A DNA stretch of 64,000 nt from Takakia lepidozioides. Taxonomy: Eukaryota > Plantae > Bryophyta. Below, one piece after another: positions 53,419 to 64,000 of the stretch (positions are counted from its first letter, which is position 1; every line of letters starts with the position of its first letter). Location of the stretch: NCBI GenBank assembly GCA_030704615.1, contig CM060733.1, positions 17,360,001 to 17,424,000 on the forward strand, written 5' to 3'. The position numbers and the translations under genes were made by a program. A model generated the notes under the pieces. That model was not told where the DNA came from, searched no databases, and saw only the letters and a list, made by a program, of their open reading frames with translations.

Positions 53419-56400
53419 GATAGTACATAGTATTTTGTTGGTAGCCTCTGCCTGCCCATTACCCTGTGGTAATATGTTGTACTCTTTCTATGCACAATCA
53501 TAAACTCTTTAGTCAACAACTCAATGGTCTCATTCATGAAGTGACTTCCTTGATCACTGATAAATTCTAAGGGACAGCCAAATCGTGTAAGTATGTTCTC
53601 GTACAGGAACCTTGCTGTGGACTTGGCTGTGTTGTCCCTCAAAGCTTTAGCTTCCACCCACTTTGTAGTATAATCAGTGGCTGTAATTATGTACCTGTTT
53701 CGTGTATTCTTGGATGGTGGATTAATTGGTCCAACAAAGTCTAGTCCCCATTTCTGAAATGGTTCCGTAGGCATTGTAGGATGCAAGGCCATCCTTCCAG
53801 ATCTCTGCAAAGGTCCTAGCCTCTGACATTCATCACACTTCTGACAATACTCATGTACATCTTTGAACAAAGTAGGCCACCAGTATCCTGCGAGTAGTAT
53901 CTTTCTACTGGTAGTCTCTTCTCCAAAATGACCTCCAGCCACTCCTTTATGAACTTCCTCCAAGACTTTATTTACTTCATGGTGGTACAAGCATCGTTTT
54001 AGTACTCCATCAGGTCCTAACTTATACATTCTGCTTCCTACCATAGTATAAGGTAAAGCTTTGATAGCAATTCTCTTCCTCTGCTCCTTACCATAACTAG
54101 GTGGGCACTGACCATGAGCAAGGTAGTATCTGATTGGCCACTGCCAATCTAACCATTCATCTGCACTTCCTTGCACCTCCATTATAAATAAACTCGCATC
54201 AGGTAACTGATCGTCCACTCCTGTGGCGGCCTCTCCTGTTGTTAGTCGTGACAAATGATCTGCCACAAGATGCAAACGGCCAGGCTTGTAAATAACCTCG
54301 AACTCAAACTCATGCAAGATTATTAACCACCTCGCTATCCTTCCACTTATCAAAGGTTTGTTCACCAGATATATCAGAGCCTGGTGATCCACATAAAACA
54401 TAAACTTTCTTCCCAATAGGTAATGCCTGAATTTCTTGACTGCATAAATCATTGCCAATGCTTCTCTTTCCGTTGTGCTATAGTTCCTCTCAGCACTGTT
54501 CATCAACCGGCTAGCATAGTACACAGGTGAATCTATATTCCCTGTAACATTCTGGGCTAACACCGCACCCAACGCTTCTCCTGATGCATCGCAGTGAACA
54601 TGAAATACTACATGCCAGTGGGGTTAATCAGCACAGGTGTAGTTGTTACTGACAGTGTAAGTTCCTCAAACGCCTGTTGACATTCAGCTGTCCAGGCAAA
54701 CACTGCATCTTTCTTCAGAAGCTTGCTCAATGGTGCTGCTATTTGTGCATACCTTTTGACAAATCTTCTGTAATAACTGGTTTGCCCAAGGAATCTTCGT
54801 AGACTTTTAACATTCACTGGGGTGGAGATGCTTTAATGGACTCTGTCTTCCTGGGATCCACAAGGAGTCCCTTCTTACACACAATGTGTCCCAGAAGCAC
54901 CCCTGAGTTCACACAGAAAGTACACTTCTCTGGATTCAGGCCCAGACCTCTCATCCTGCATCTGGCCAACATAACTCCAATTTATGCAAGTGCTCACTCT
55001 TAGAGCTGTACACACTGAAATCATCCAAGAATACCTGCATGAAATCATCCAGATACTCATGAAAAGATTCACTTATCACTCTCTGAAAGGTCGCTGGTGC
55101 ATTACAAAGTCCAAAGGGCATGACTTTGTATGCATAAGCCCCCCAGTCTGTGATGAAAGCTGTTTTCCCTTGGTCTTCTTCTGCCACTTGCACTTGATTA
55201 TAACCACTGAAGCCATCCATGAATGAGTACATCTCATGGCCTGCCACAGTGTCTAATACTGCTTCTGTGAATGGCAAAGGGAAAGGATCTTTCTTCGTAC
55301 AAGCATTCAGCTTCTTATAGTTCACACATACTCTCAGTTTGCCATTCTTCTTGGGAACTATTACAATGGGTGACAACCAAGTTGTATACTCTATTGGGTA
55401 TATAAACTTAGCCTCAGCTAACTTTTTTATCTCTTCTCCAACCTTCTGTGCGTAGTTGGGATTCATTCTATACCTCGCCTGCTTGATTGGTACTGACCCT
55501 GGTTCCAGTTCAATCTTATGCTGACAGACTTCAGGTGGTATCCCTTTTAGATCCTCATAGCTCCAAGCAAATACATCTCTGTATTTGATGAACAAGCTTT
55601 TAGCTTCTTCGAAGAATTCCGGCTCCAAATCAGCTCCTACTTTCACCATCCTCGGTTCCTCTTTAGTTCCCACATTTACTTCCCTCACCTGCTCATCAGC
55701 TGTGATTGTCCAACCAGTCACCACTTCATCCTGTAAGCTCACAGTGGCTGGTTCTTCTAGGATTTCTATTTCTCCTTCTCTTTCTTCATAGAAATGTGAT
55801 GGGTAAATGCTGGTTTCCTCTTCAGTTGGTGTTGCTCACTACACCACAGCAGATACCTCTCAAACAACTTAGGCTTTCCAGCCGCATCTCCGCAACCTGC
55901 TCCGAGGTTTACTATTTCATGAGCAGAAACCATGAGCCATGAGCCATGAGCCGCATGAGCCGCATGAGCGGTGAGCCGAAGTCTAAGATACGCGGATTTC
56001 ATGAGCGGACTCCTCCAAATTTGGAAATGCGGCAGATTAAACAAGTATTAAAATAATAGTTTTTTATTTGACCTTGCCGTTTTTGGACGTTCCAGATCAT
56101 GTAATGCGGCGAAGATATGTCGTCAGTAACAAGTCCGCTCATGGTTTTATAGATCCGCTCATGGAAATAAGTGACCGTGCAACGGGAAATCCAGTATACC
56201 ACTGCAAAAGGACGTCGCATACTGGCCTGTATAGAGTATTCCGCGGTTTTACATGCCTTAACATTGGAATGAAGCTGACCCTTTTGCCGCGATTGAACCA
56301 ATGGAGTCTGCACCAATACAGTCTGCAGTACTTCACAATTCTGTCTTCTTCGGGTATTCGGCGGGAAAGGTTTGCAACTGAACTGGGAAATAGGGTGCCG

Positions 56401-56748
56401 CATTAGGGTTCGCACGTGCGAAATTTCGGAGCGGTTTGGTGTTGGCGAAGGCCGCCTCTGGGGGTACCTACGACGATACTTGGAAATTCGGCGCCGCATT
56501 TCCTTGTCGGAGGTCGAATGAGGAGAGCAAGTTTTCGGAAAGCAGAAAAACATGAACCCTCCAACATACAAAAATACATGCACGTGGAAACAAGTGAACG
56601 ATATAGTAATATCTTAGTTCGATCAAAACAGGTTACTGGTAGGCAAGACATATGTCGGACCTTTGTGTGGCCAGAGTCTGAGGTACTGGCAGCAGTACAG
56701 TTCTACTATCCGATGGGCGTACCATTGTATGTGGACCGCAAGCCAAGC

Positions 56749-59700
56749 TCACTGGTCCCCTGGATCCATATTCAGAAGAGTGTGAACCTCCTGGGGGCTC
56801 AACCCTGGTGCATGTATGAAGTGATGAGTTGTGGAATTACAACGGAGTCTCTTTAGGTACACGTAGTACAAATGCTTGCAAGGGCAGTATGATGCCCCCT
56901 TGTTCGCCATGATCTGGAAGTCGGTGCAATTGCAGGTGGGTAATTCTGAAATGGTGATGGTGTACACCTCATTGCGAACAGCTGAGCCCGCCGTGGCCAT
57001 CTGATACACACGCCCGAATCCTGGTGGGGGCACTTCTGTCGAGCTCTGGATTGTACAGTTCATCCGAAGTGCATTCCCCATCCTTGTCTCGTTCACTTTT
57101 GAGGGAGGTCGCCGCCTCTTCGGTTTCCCCCAACGGTGTGTAGGATGCTTAGAGCTGTCGTGTCCCATTGTTCTTGCTCTCACAGGGGTCGGTGGTGGAG
57201 GCTGTGGAAGCGGAAATGGTTGTCTGGGGACGTCAGTGCGCTGCACCATCCGAAATCCTGCGGCGGTAAGGGCGTCGGCCTCAACCTGACTCAGATCGCA
57301 GCCTGGTTCCACCGGCCACACCGGGGGAGCCTCTGGCATTGTTGTATGCCGTACTTGGGCTTTCCATACACGCAAGTCATAATGTCGTGCCTGCAGAACC
57401 AGAACTGGGTGGTTGTCGCCTCCGCAAACTTTGCATGGACAAATCTTCCTGTAAAAGTAGGAGCAGGGACAGCCCCATCTGGATTCCTCCTTATCATCTC
57501 TAAACAACGTTGCCGTGTATCCACACGAATTGCGGAACACCTTCCTCGAAACGACGGCTTTGTGCGAGCAATTCTCCACTGTGAGGCAGACACAGTCGTC
57601 TCCACAATGGCTTGGCCATACTGCATAACAGCGGGCGGAATGTGGGGCAAGGGAGCGGTGGGAATTTGTTGCACGAAATCCCCGGTTGAAGGCGACGGCG
57701 ATCTGGAATTTCTTGGGCTTCCACTGCTGGAAGACACATTGTGCGGCAACATGACGGGACCTCGAGGTGCTGTCCGAATGTTCCTGTCGGATCTCCAGGA
57801 ATCCTCTTCGCACCCGGGTTCCTCTTCAATCCTCCGCCTGACAGGGCGAGTCCGGACGTCCCCCTCTAGGTGTTCACCTCTGCGGTGCAGAGGCGTCCCT
57901 TTGATCTTCTCTCGCAATGCTGTCGCCCATTTCACTGGATTCTTGGACCTCGAAGCTGTTCGTACCAACAATTCCTCCCTGTCCGGCCCAAAGCCCCATT
58001 GTTTGCCGCTCAGGAACTTGTAGTACGTGGCTTGCTGCATGATTGCTCTGTCGATGTCCTCCGTTGTGGCCGTGACTACGTCCACCAGATGTGCGGCAGA
58101 AGACGCTCGCCAGGAGGAGTGGACCGATTCTGCCATATTCGTGTTCGGCATGTCCGTGTCGGAATCCAAGCACCGCTCCTAGAAGGACACAAACAACGGT
58201 GAGGGACCAATCGAAATGTCCGTAACAGAAAGACAAATGAACGAAAATGACAGCAGCCTACCTCCCGCATGTACTGTCCGAACTGTCGATACCGAAAATG
58301 CCACCACCCCAACCAGCTGTGCAATGCTCCCAGATTGGTTGTCTCCACTGCACCTGACGTGTTCCACCAAGCCTCGATGATAGCAAACTTAACCTCCGCG
58401 TCATCAAATGTGGGTGCATCCTTCCACGCCGTACAAAGGACACGGTGTTCAGCCTGGAATGAGCTAGCAACAAATTTGGTAGTGTAGTGGGATAGACTCT
58501 GCATCCAATGGAATCCACAGGATCTCTCTTTCCCCTCCATTGGAACATTGGGGTCCTCACCGTACACACGCCGCACCGCTGCCCAGTTGGCCTGAGCGTT
58601 GTCTGCCATGAATCCCCTGAAATTGGGCTCTGGCAATCCCGCCCTTGCCATCTGCTGGTTTATGCCCTCCCACAGATGCATCTCGGACTGTGTGTCCTCC
58701 CCTTTCATCTCGCAGATTGCAATCGTCATGAGCCTCTTGGAGTGATAGTCATAAACATGCGCACCCATAGTCACCCACTGATGGTTTGTAATTCGCTTGA
58801 TGTGATCAAACATCACCCAAGCATTCGACAAGTTTCCAGTTGTCATGCGAGTGACCAAGTCGACTCCACTCCCAGGCCCACACGTCGACATTTTGAAAAT
58901 GTAACAACGATCGGATTCGCTGCCTTGCCCTGGAAACCTGCTACCTTGGATGTAGTCATATCCAGTCATTCGTTTCACCTCCAGGATTGAGTACATGTCC
59001 GACCCCCTGCCGAACTCCTGCTTGCAAGATACGATGTGATTCCGCACATTCGGACTACAAACGTGCGAGACGGACTCCAAGAGGTCACGCATCTCGTCTT
59101 CGGTCAAGGGCTCTCGGTCGGAACCATCTTCAGACATGATTTTGCCAAGAGCAATCTTGTGGGCTGCCTTCAGCTGAATCTGCTTTGGTCTGGCTCCGGG
59201 GCTCAATTTCACCTCCTCTTTTATGATGTCGTGTGCTTCCTGCACAGCCTCACGCATGTTGCCTCTCGCCAAGGGGTGGCAGTGGACCCCAACGTGTATG
59301 CAAGCTCTAGTCAAGTCCGGGAGCAAATGGATTACGTAATATTGCTTGGCTCTGCACATGGACATGCACGTCGGTGGTTCTTTGCAATGTGCACACTTGA
59401 AAGAACCCGCAGGAGCTTGGCTGGAGACAATGAATGGATGATGCGTTGTGCCAGTCCAATCCGTCTCGTTTCTCCGCCCTCCTTTGGAGAGAAAGTGGAA
59501 GCAGGTGGGATTGAGGCACCTCAGCTTCCCCGCACAGAGGACATATCGTACACGAACACCATCAGCAATTTTCGTGCTACTGGTCTTCGTCACACACCAG
59601 GGGTGTCCGTCATGCTTTCGATCCATGTCTGTTAACATCCCGGAGGCTTTCTTTGACGAAGAAACAGGTGGAAACTCGAAGATGACATTGCCATCGACTT

Positions 59701-60355
59701 CGGGAGGCAGAAACGTTACCTTTCTGACTGGGAATTTGGCATAGTCGAGAGCAGCCAGCTCGGAGCGAGAACCATCGAGGTGATGTTGTCGTAGGAGCTG
59801 CACAATGGACCGGGTTGGAGTTATGCTCGAGGGCACATGCGTAGCACCTACAGAGACGTCCATGCCGGATTTGAACGACCGTGTGGAGGACATGGGTACC
59901 TCAATGCAATCATCTTCCTCGTCGGAAATGTCGAATACGTCCACACGAGAAGCTATGGAGGGTCTTGACGGTCCAGGTCGGGAATGATTATCGTTGCATA
60001 CCTCTCTGTTGGCAGTGGCCGCCTCTCGGTTTCCGGACTCCTTTGTGGATGGTGTGGGCAGCGACTGATTCGGAAAGGGAATGGGCATTCCCACAGCTCG
60101 GTACAGGATGGTGTCTGACGGGGGAACGTGCCATTCGATTCCGCAACCTCCGTCGTTACCTAGCACGACAATGGTCTCGTCAACCTGTCCAGGAACATCC
60201 TTCCTTTCTTCTTCCAAATAAACTGTGCCCGGTTTGAGCTTGAATTTGGAACAAAGGTAAGTTTCAGTCACTCTGCAAAGTCCTCCCTCGTTTGGGATCC
60301 AGGCTCTCCCAAGTTGCGGAGGACAGCAAACTATAGCGTAGGAATTCGGAGCCAT
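56749..60355 (-). pseudogene. GCM + MULE DDE + SWIM transposase of copy 2, nearly intact (one intron ~58261-58179, at least one frameshift near 57370)
   Basis: DGHPWC..CAGKLRC..CAHC..C..RACIHVGVHCHP; catalytic MFDHIKR, FMADNA, CGFHW (CxxH) and TNMAESVH; SWIM CNCTDF..PCKHLYY. Confidence 0.88.
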
Positions 60356-60782
60356 CGAACACCGCACGGAGTTGGCAAGTGCGAGGTTCAGTATAGCGAC
60401 AGACCAAGGCTCACAGGCACCATCTAAGTGGATCTGCGGAGTCCATCGACATTGGAAGTCGCACATTGAAGTGGAAAGTATTGTTTCAAGCTACATGCAT
60501 GAAGGTGGGAGGTTTGATTCCATAGCCAGTGAGTATGGACAATGATGGCCGATTCGGCGACGAAATAACATCTCCTGACAGTTTCTCCTGAGGGTGGATC
60601 CAGCAGTATTCTCGGTGCAGACAGGAACGTTCGCACTGACAAGTGCCAGGACTGCTGGTTAAAACGGTCAGACAACCAAGTTGTGCTCATCAAGACTGGC
60701 CGCAATTGTGTTGTTTCGGAACAATGCAACCCATTGAGGTTCCAGATTTCCCGTCACGAGTGATTCTTCGATTGCTGGTGGA

Positions 60783-62522
60783 CGAAATACGGCGCCGCAT
60801 TTCCGTATTGCATCTTGGTCATGCAACAGAGCGACGGAAATGCGGCACCGAGTTTCCGTCCGGGGAAACCTTTATACTCTCCAGAACGGAAATGCGGTAA
60901 CGCATTTCCATCCAGCAAGCACGGTATGTGAAGGTGGAACGGAAATGCGGTACCGCATTTCCGTTCTGATTGAGATTTATGAACAACGGGAACAGAAATG
61001 CGGCACCGCATTTCCGTCCGAGTCGCACTTTTCGACATTCCAGAACGGGAATGCGGCGCCGCATTTCCATTTTGTATCTGATGCATGGAGCTGAGGGATA
61101 GAAATGCTGCAGCACATTTTCGTCCTTAAAAGACATTCATACTCTCGAGAACGGAAATGCGGTACCGCATTTTCATTCAACAAGCACGGTATGTGAAGGT
61201 GGAACGGAAATGCGGTACCGCATTTCCGTTCTGATTGAGAATTATGAACAACGGGAACAGAAATGCGGCACCGCATTTCCGTCAAAGTCGCACTTTTCGA
61301 CATTCCATAAAGGAAATGCGGCGCCGCATTTCCATTTTGTATCTGATGCCTGGAGCCGAGTAAGATTCCGACAGCTTCATACAGCGCAATTCCGACCGGT
61401 TGAGACACGACACTATCCAGAACGGAAATGCGGCACCGCATTTCCGTTCTGACTGAAAATCGTGAACTATCTGAACTGAAATGCGGCACCGTATTTCCAT
61501 CCGAGTCGCACCTACCATCATTCCAGAACGGAAATGCGGCACCGCATTTCCGTTCTGACTGAAAATCGTGAACCATCGAACTGAAATGCGGCAACGTATT
61601 TCCATCCGAGTCGCACCTACCATCATTCCAGAACGGAAATGCGGCACCGCATTTCCGTTCTGACTGAAAATCGTGAACCATCGAACTGAAATGCGGCAGC
61701 GCATTTCCATCCGAGTCGCACCTCCCAACATTCCAGAACGGAATGTATTAGATTTAAAAGGGAAATGCGGCACCGCATTTCCGTTCTGATGAAATATCCT
61801 GAAACATCGGAATTGAAATGCGGTACCGCATTTCCGTCGGAGTCCCACCATCCGACATTCCAAAACGGAAATGCGGCACCGCATTTCCGTTTTGTATGTG
61901 AGGCATGGAGCTGTGGAACGAAAATGCGGGAAGGCATTTCCGCCAGCGTCAGACGTTAATACTCTACAGAACGGAAATGCGGTACCGCATTTCCATTCTG
62001 ACTGAAAATCGTGCGCAACGGGTACAGAAATGCGGCACCGCATTTCTGTTCGAGTCGCACCTTCCGACATTCTCGAACGGAAATGCGGCGCCGCATTTCC
62101 GTTTTGTATATTCGGCCTGGAGCTGTGCTACGGAAATGTGTTGCCGCATTTCCATCCATGTGAGACCTTCAAACCTTTCCAGACCGGAAATGCGACACCG
62201 CATTTCTGTCCAGGTGAGACCTCTATACTTTCCCGAACGGAAATGTGGCACGGCATTTCCATTCATCAACTAACGTATGTGAAGTGGAACGGAAATGCGG
62301 CGCCGCATTTCCCTTCTGAATCTCATACATGGAGCTGTGGGACGGAAATGCGGCACCGTATTTCCGTTCAACAACTAAGGTATGTGAAGGTGGAACGGAA
62401 ATGCGGTGCCGCATTTTCTTCCAACAAGTACGGATGTGTAGCAGAGTGATGTACTTAACGGAAATGCGGCGCCGCATTCGCATTCTCGCTCCAACTCATC
62501 AGACGCTGGGACGGAAATGCCT
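60783..62522. repeat. Phased palindrome array of copy 2: (GAAC)GGAAATGCGG-(CA/TA/CG)-CCGCATTTCC(GTTC), about 31 copies, period 52-54 bp
   Basis: Centres counted at 60793, 60846, 60898, 60951, 61004 and onward to 62354, 62407, 62470. Spacers vary but recur. Confidence 0.97.
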
Positions 62523-62916
62523 TGAAATGTGAACACGTGGAGCAACGGAATTGCTGCACATGTCGGCACTCTATCTGACTGAAGGGGCATGAGGCGGCGC
62601 GGCCTGACCGTTGGATAATGATGTTTGATTTTCGGACGGCGGGCGTACCCTCAACGATTCGAATTTCGTAATGACGCAAACTCCACGAGGAGACACTTTC
62701 GTCCAACCTTTCGAACCCAAGTGGTGCATCACCGCCGTTTCATCTACTTTTGTCGTGTCTCCTCAGTCACCCCTCTCGCGCCCTTTCCATCTGCACTCTT
62801 TGCCCCTTTTCCCTCTCTCTGTTCTTCTTATGCTCGAACCTGAGAGGGGGGGAGTTCGTGCACCAGACAGGAGACCTCGTCGCAAGCTCCGGAAATTATA
62901 CTTCGGACGTAGGCCA

Positions 62917-64000
62917 ATGCCGAAGGGGAGGAAGCAGATGCGTCTACAGGAGGAGATTGCCATCTCCGAGCAGCAGGCCACTCAGGCAACCCAGCCACCA
63001 GTGAGAGCTCCATGCGATCGGGCTGCGCGCAGCTGATCGAGCACCGAACCCCCCATTTTGCTTCTGTAATTCTTAGACTGAATGCTAGGAGACTTGAATG
63101 CAGAACATGTTTGCATGCCTAACAGGAAAGGTGGACGTGCTGGAGGGATCGCAGGAATCCGAAGAGCCGCAGGAAGAGTCCGAGGAGCTAGCTGCAGCAC
63201 GTACACCCACCCGATCCCCGAGCGCGGGTACTCCTGCCGGGCCTAGCCCTCTGCGATTCAAAGACGCGTCTTCGAAGGGCAAGTTCAAAGTCTCAGAGAT
63301 CGACTCGCGTTCTTCGATCATGGAGAATCGCCAGCAGGGGTCGGGCCCTTCTCCAGCAAAGTCGAAGAAGAAGCAGCCCGTCCCTCTACTGGCTTCTGAA
63401 CCGGCTCAGGCCGATTCACCCCCCCAACGCGAATGAAGCAGCAGGGTAGAAGACAGATTCTATTGCAGCAGACACCTTCACCTGCAAGGATGAGGAAGCA
63501 GAAGGCAATCAGGGCGACGGGCGAACAATCTCCCGCAAAACCGCTTCCACGAGCTGAAGCTCAGTTCCTGGAGGATTTCCCGCCTGCAGATGTTGGGGCC
63601 GACTCTGCTGCAGCGAAGGCAATGGGATCGACCGTTGATCTCGATTTGGTACCGGAGGAGGGTGCTGCCGCTGAACGTTCGCAGGCAGACCTCACCACCG
63701 ATGAGCTAGCAGGCCCGGAGGAGGCCTCTGCAGTGGCAGAATTGCCCGCACACAGGCCCCAGAGTGCAGCTCCAGTTGAGGATGCTCCACCTGCTCAGCC
63801 ACTACCGGCACCTACAGACATGTCTCCGGAGGATTTCAAAAGTGCAGCGGATAAAATGTTGGAGGAGACACACAGTAGCATTGGCAGAGTTCTGGGCAGC
63901 AGGGTATTCCAGCGGACTCTTCGAATCCCACTCTGTCGCATGGTCTCCCTTCCCATCGTCAGGCAGGCCCTTCCCGGAGATGTGGATAAGCTCAAGTTCG
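62917..64000 (+). CDS. 5' part of the ParB(-methyltransferase) gene of copy 2, truncated by the window edge
   Basis: Frame open 63400-64000, ending TLRIPLCRMVSLPIVRQALPGDVDKLK, which matches copy 1 KLMIPLCRLISMSFVRPALTNDIAKLE. Preceded by a low-complexity leader. Start codon uncertain. Confidence 0.7.

Larger units (their letters stand above)
47222..55903 (-). mobile_element. Athila/Tat-like Ty3/Gypsy element (3' part), inserted in the preceding LTR and itself interrupted at ~55904
   Basis: RT FMDGFSGYNQV and FLDDF, RNase H, integrase WGLDF/SDQGSHF. PPT at ~48137-48153. Probable 3' LTR 48136-47222 (TGT...ACA on minus). Confidence 0.88.
55904..64000. mobile_element. Mutator-like DNA transposon copy 2 (runs off the window), same two-gene layout as copy 1 in inverted orientation
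   Basis: Terminus GAGGTTTACTATTTCATGAGCAGAAACCATGAGC matches the reverse complement of the copy-3 right end at 23/34 positions without gaps. CATGAGC repeats follow, then transposase, palindrome array and start of the ParB-type gene. Confidence 0.8.

Noticed and set aside
55837-55903. CACTAC at 55837 as the terminus of copy 2 (a CACTA element)
   Set aside because: The transposase is MULE-type, a better family-type terminus lies at 55904, and 55903-55837 reads plausibly as Gypsy pol linker. Not fully excluded.
60783-62522. CRISPR array
   Set aside because: Spacers recur as higher-order repeats, the dyads are degenerate throughout, there are no cas genes, and the context is a eukaryotic transposon.
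60643-62706. Many overlapping ORFs (TEMRCRISV / RKCGTAFPF / GNAVPHFR)
   Set aside because: These are translations of the palindromic repeat in all frames on both strands, not evidence of coding.

Overview
Repeat-rich nuclear DNA from a land plant, probably a non-seed lineage such as a bryophyte, lycophyte or fern (inferred from PLS-type PPR fragments and a hydrolase-NB-LRR remnant). Two intact, spliced host genes are present: a class III peroxidase (681-2351, minus) and an ER luminal HSP70/BiP (23686-27219, minus). The rest is nested mobile DNA: an L1-type LINE, hAT-like and CACTA-like non-autonomous elements, two tRNA-derived SINEs, two chromovirus-type Ty3/Gypsy copies, and an Athila/Tat-like Gypsy with a very long integrase-fused extension. 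The main discovery is a family of Mutator-like DNA transposons seen three times (about 9704-19322, 31520-33625, and 55904 to beyond the window). The two large copies pair a GCM-zinc-finger/DDE/SWIM transposase with a divergent second gene. In copy 1 that gene is spliced and encodes a ParB/Srx-like domain followed by a bacterial-type beta-class N4-cytosine/N6-adenine DNA methyltransferase; in copy 2 only its homologous start is visible. Each of the three copies carries its own palindrome array (10-14 bp arms around a 2-nt centre). One array has about 31 copies phased at 53 bp. All calls are from reading motifs by eye; no database searches were run.
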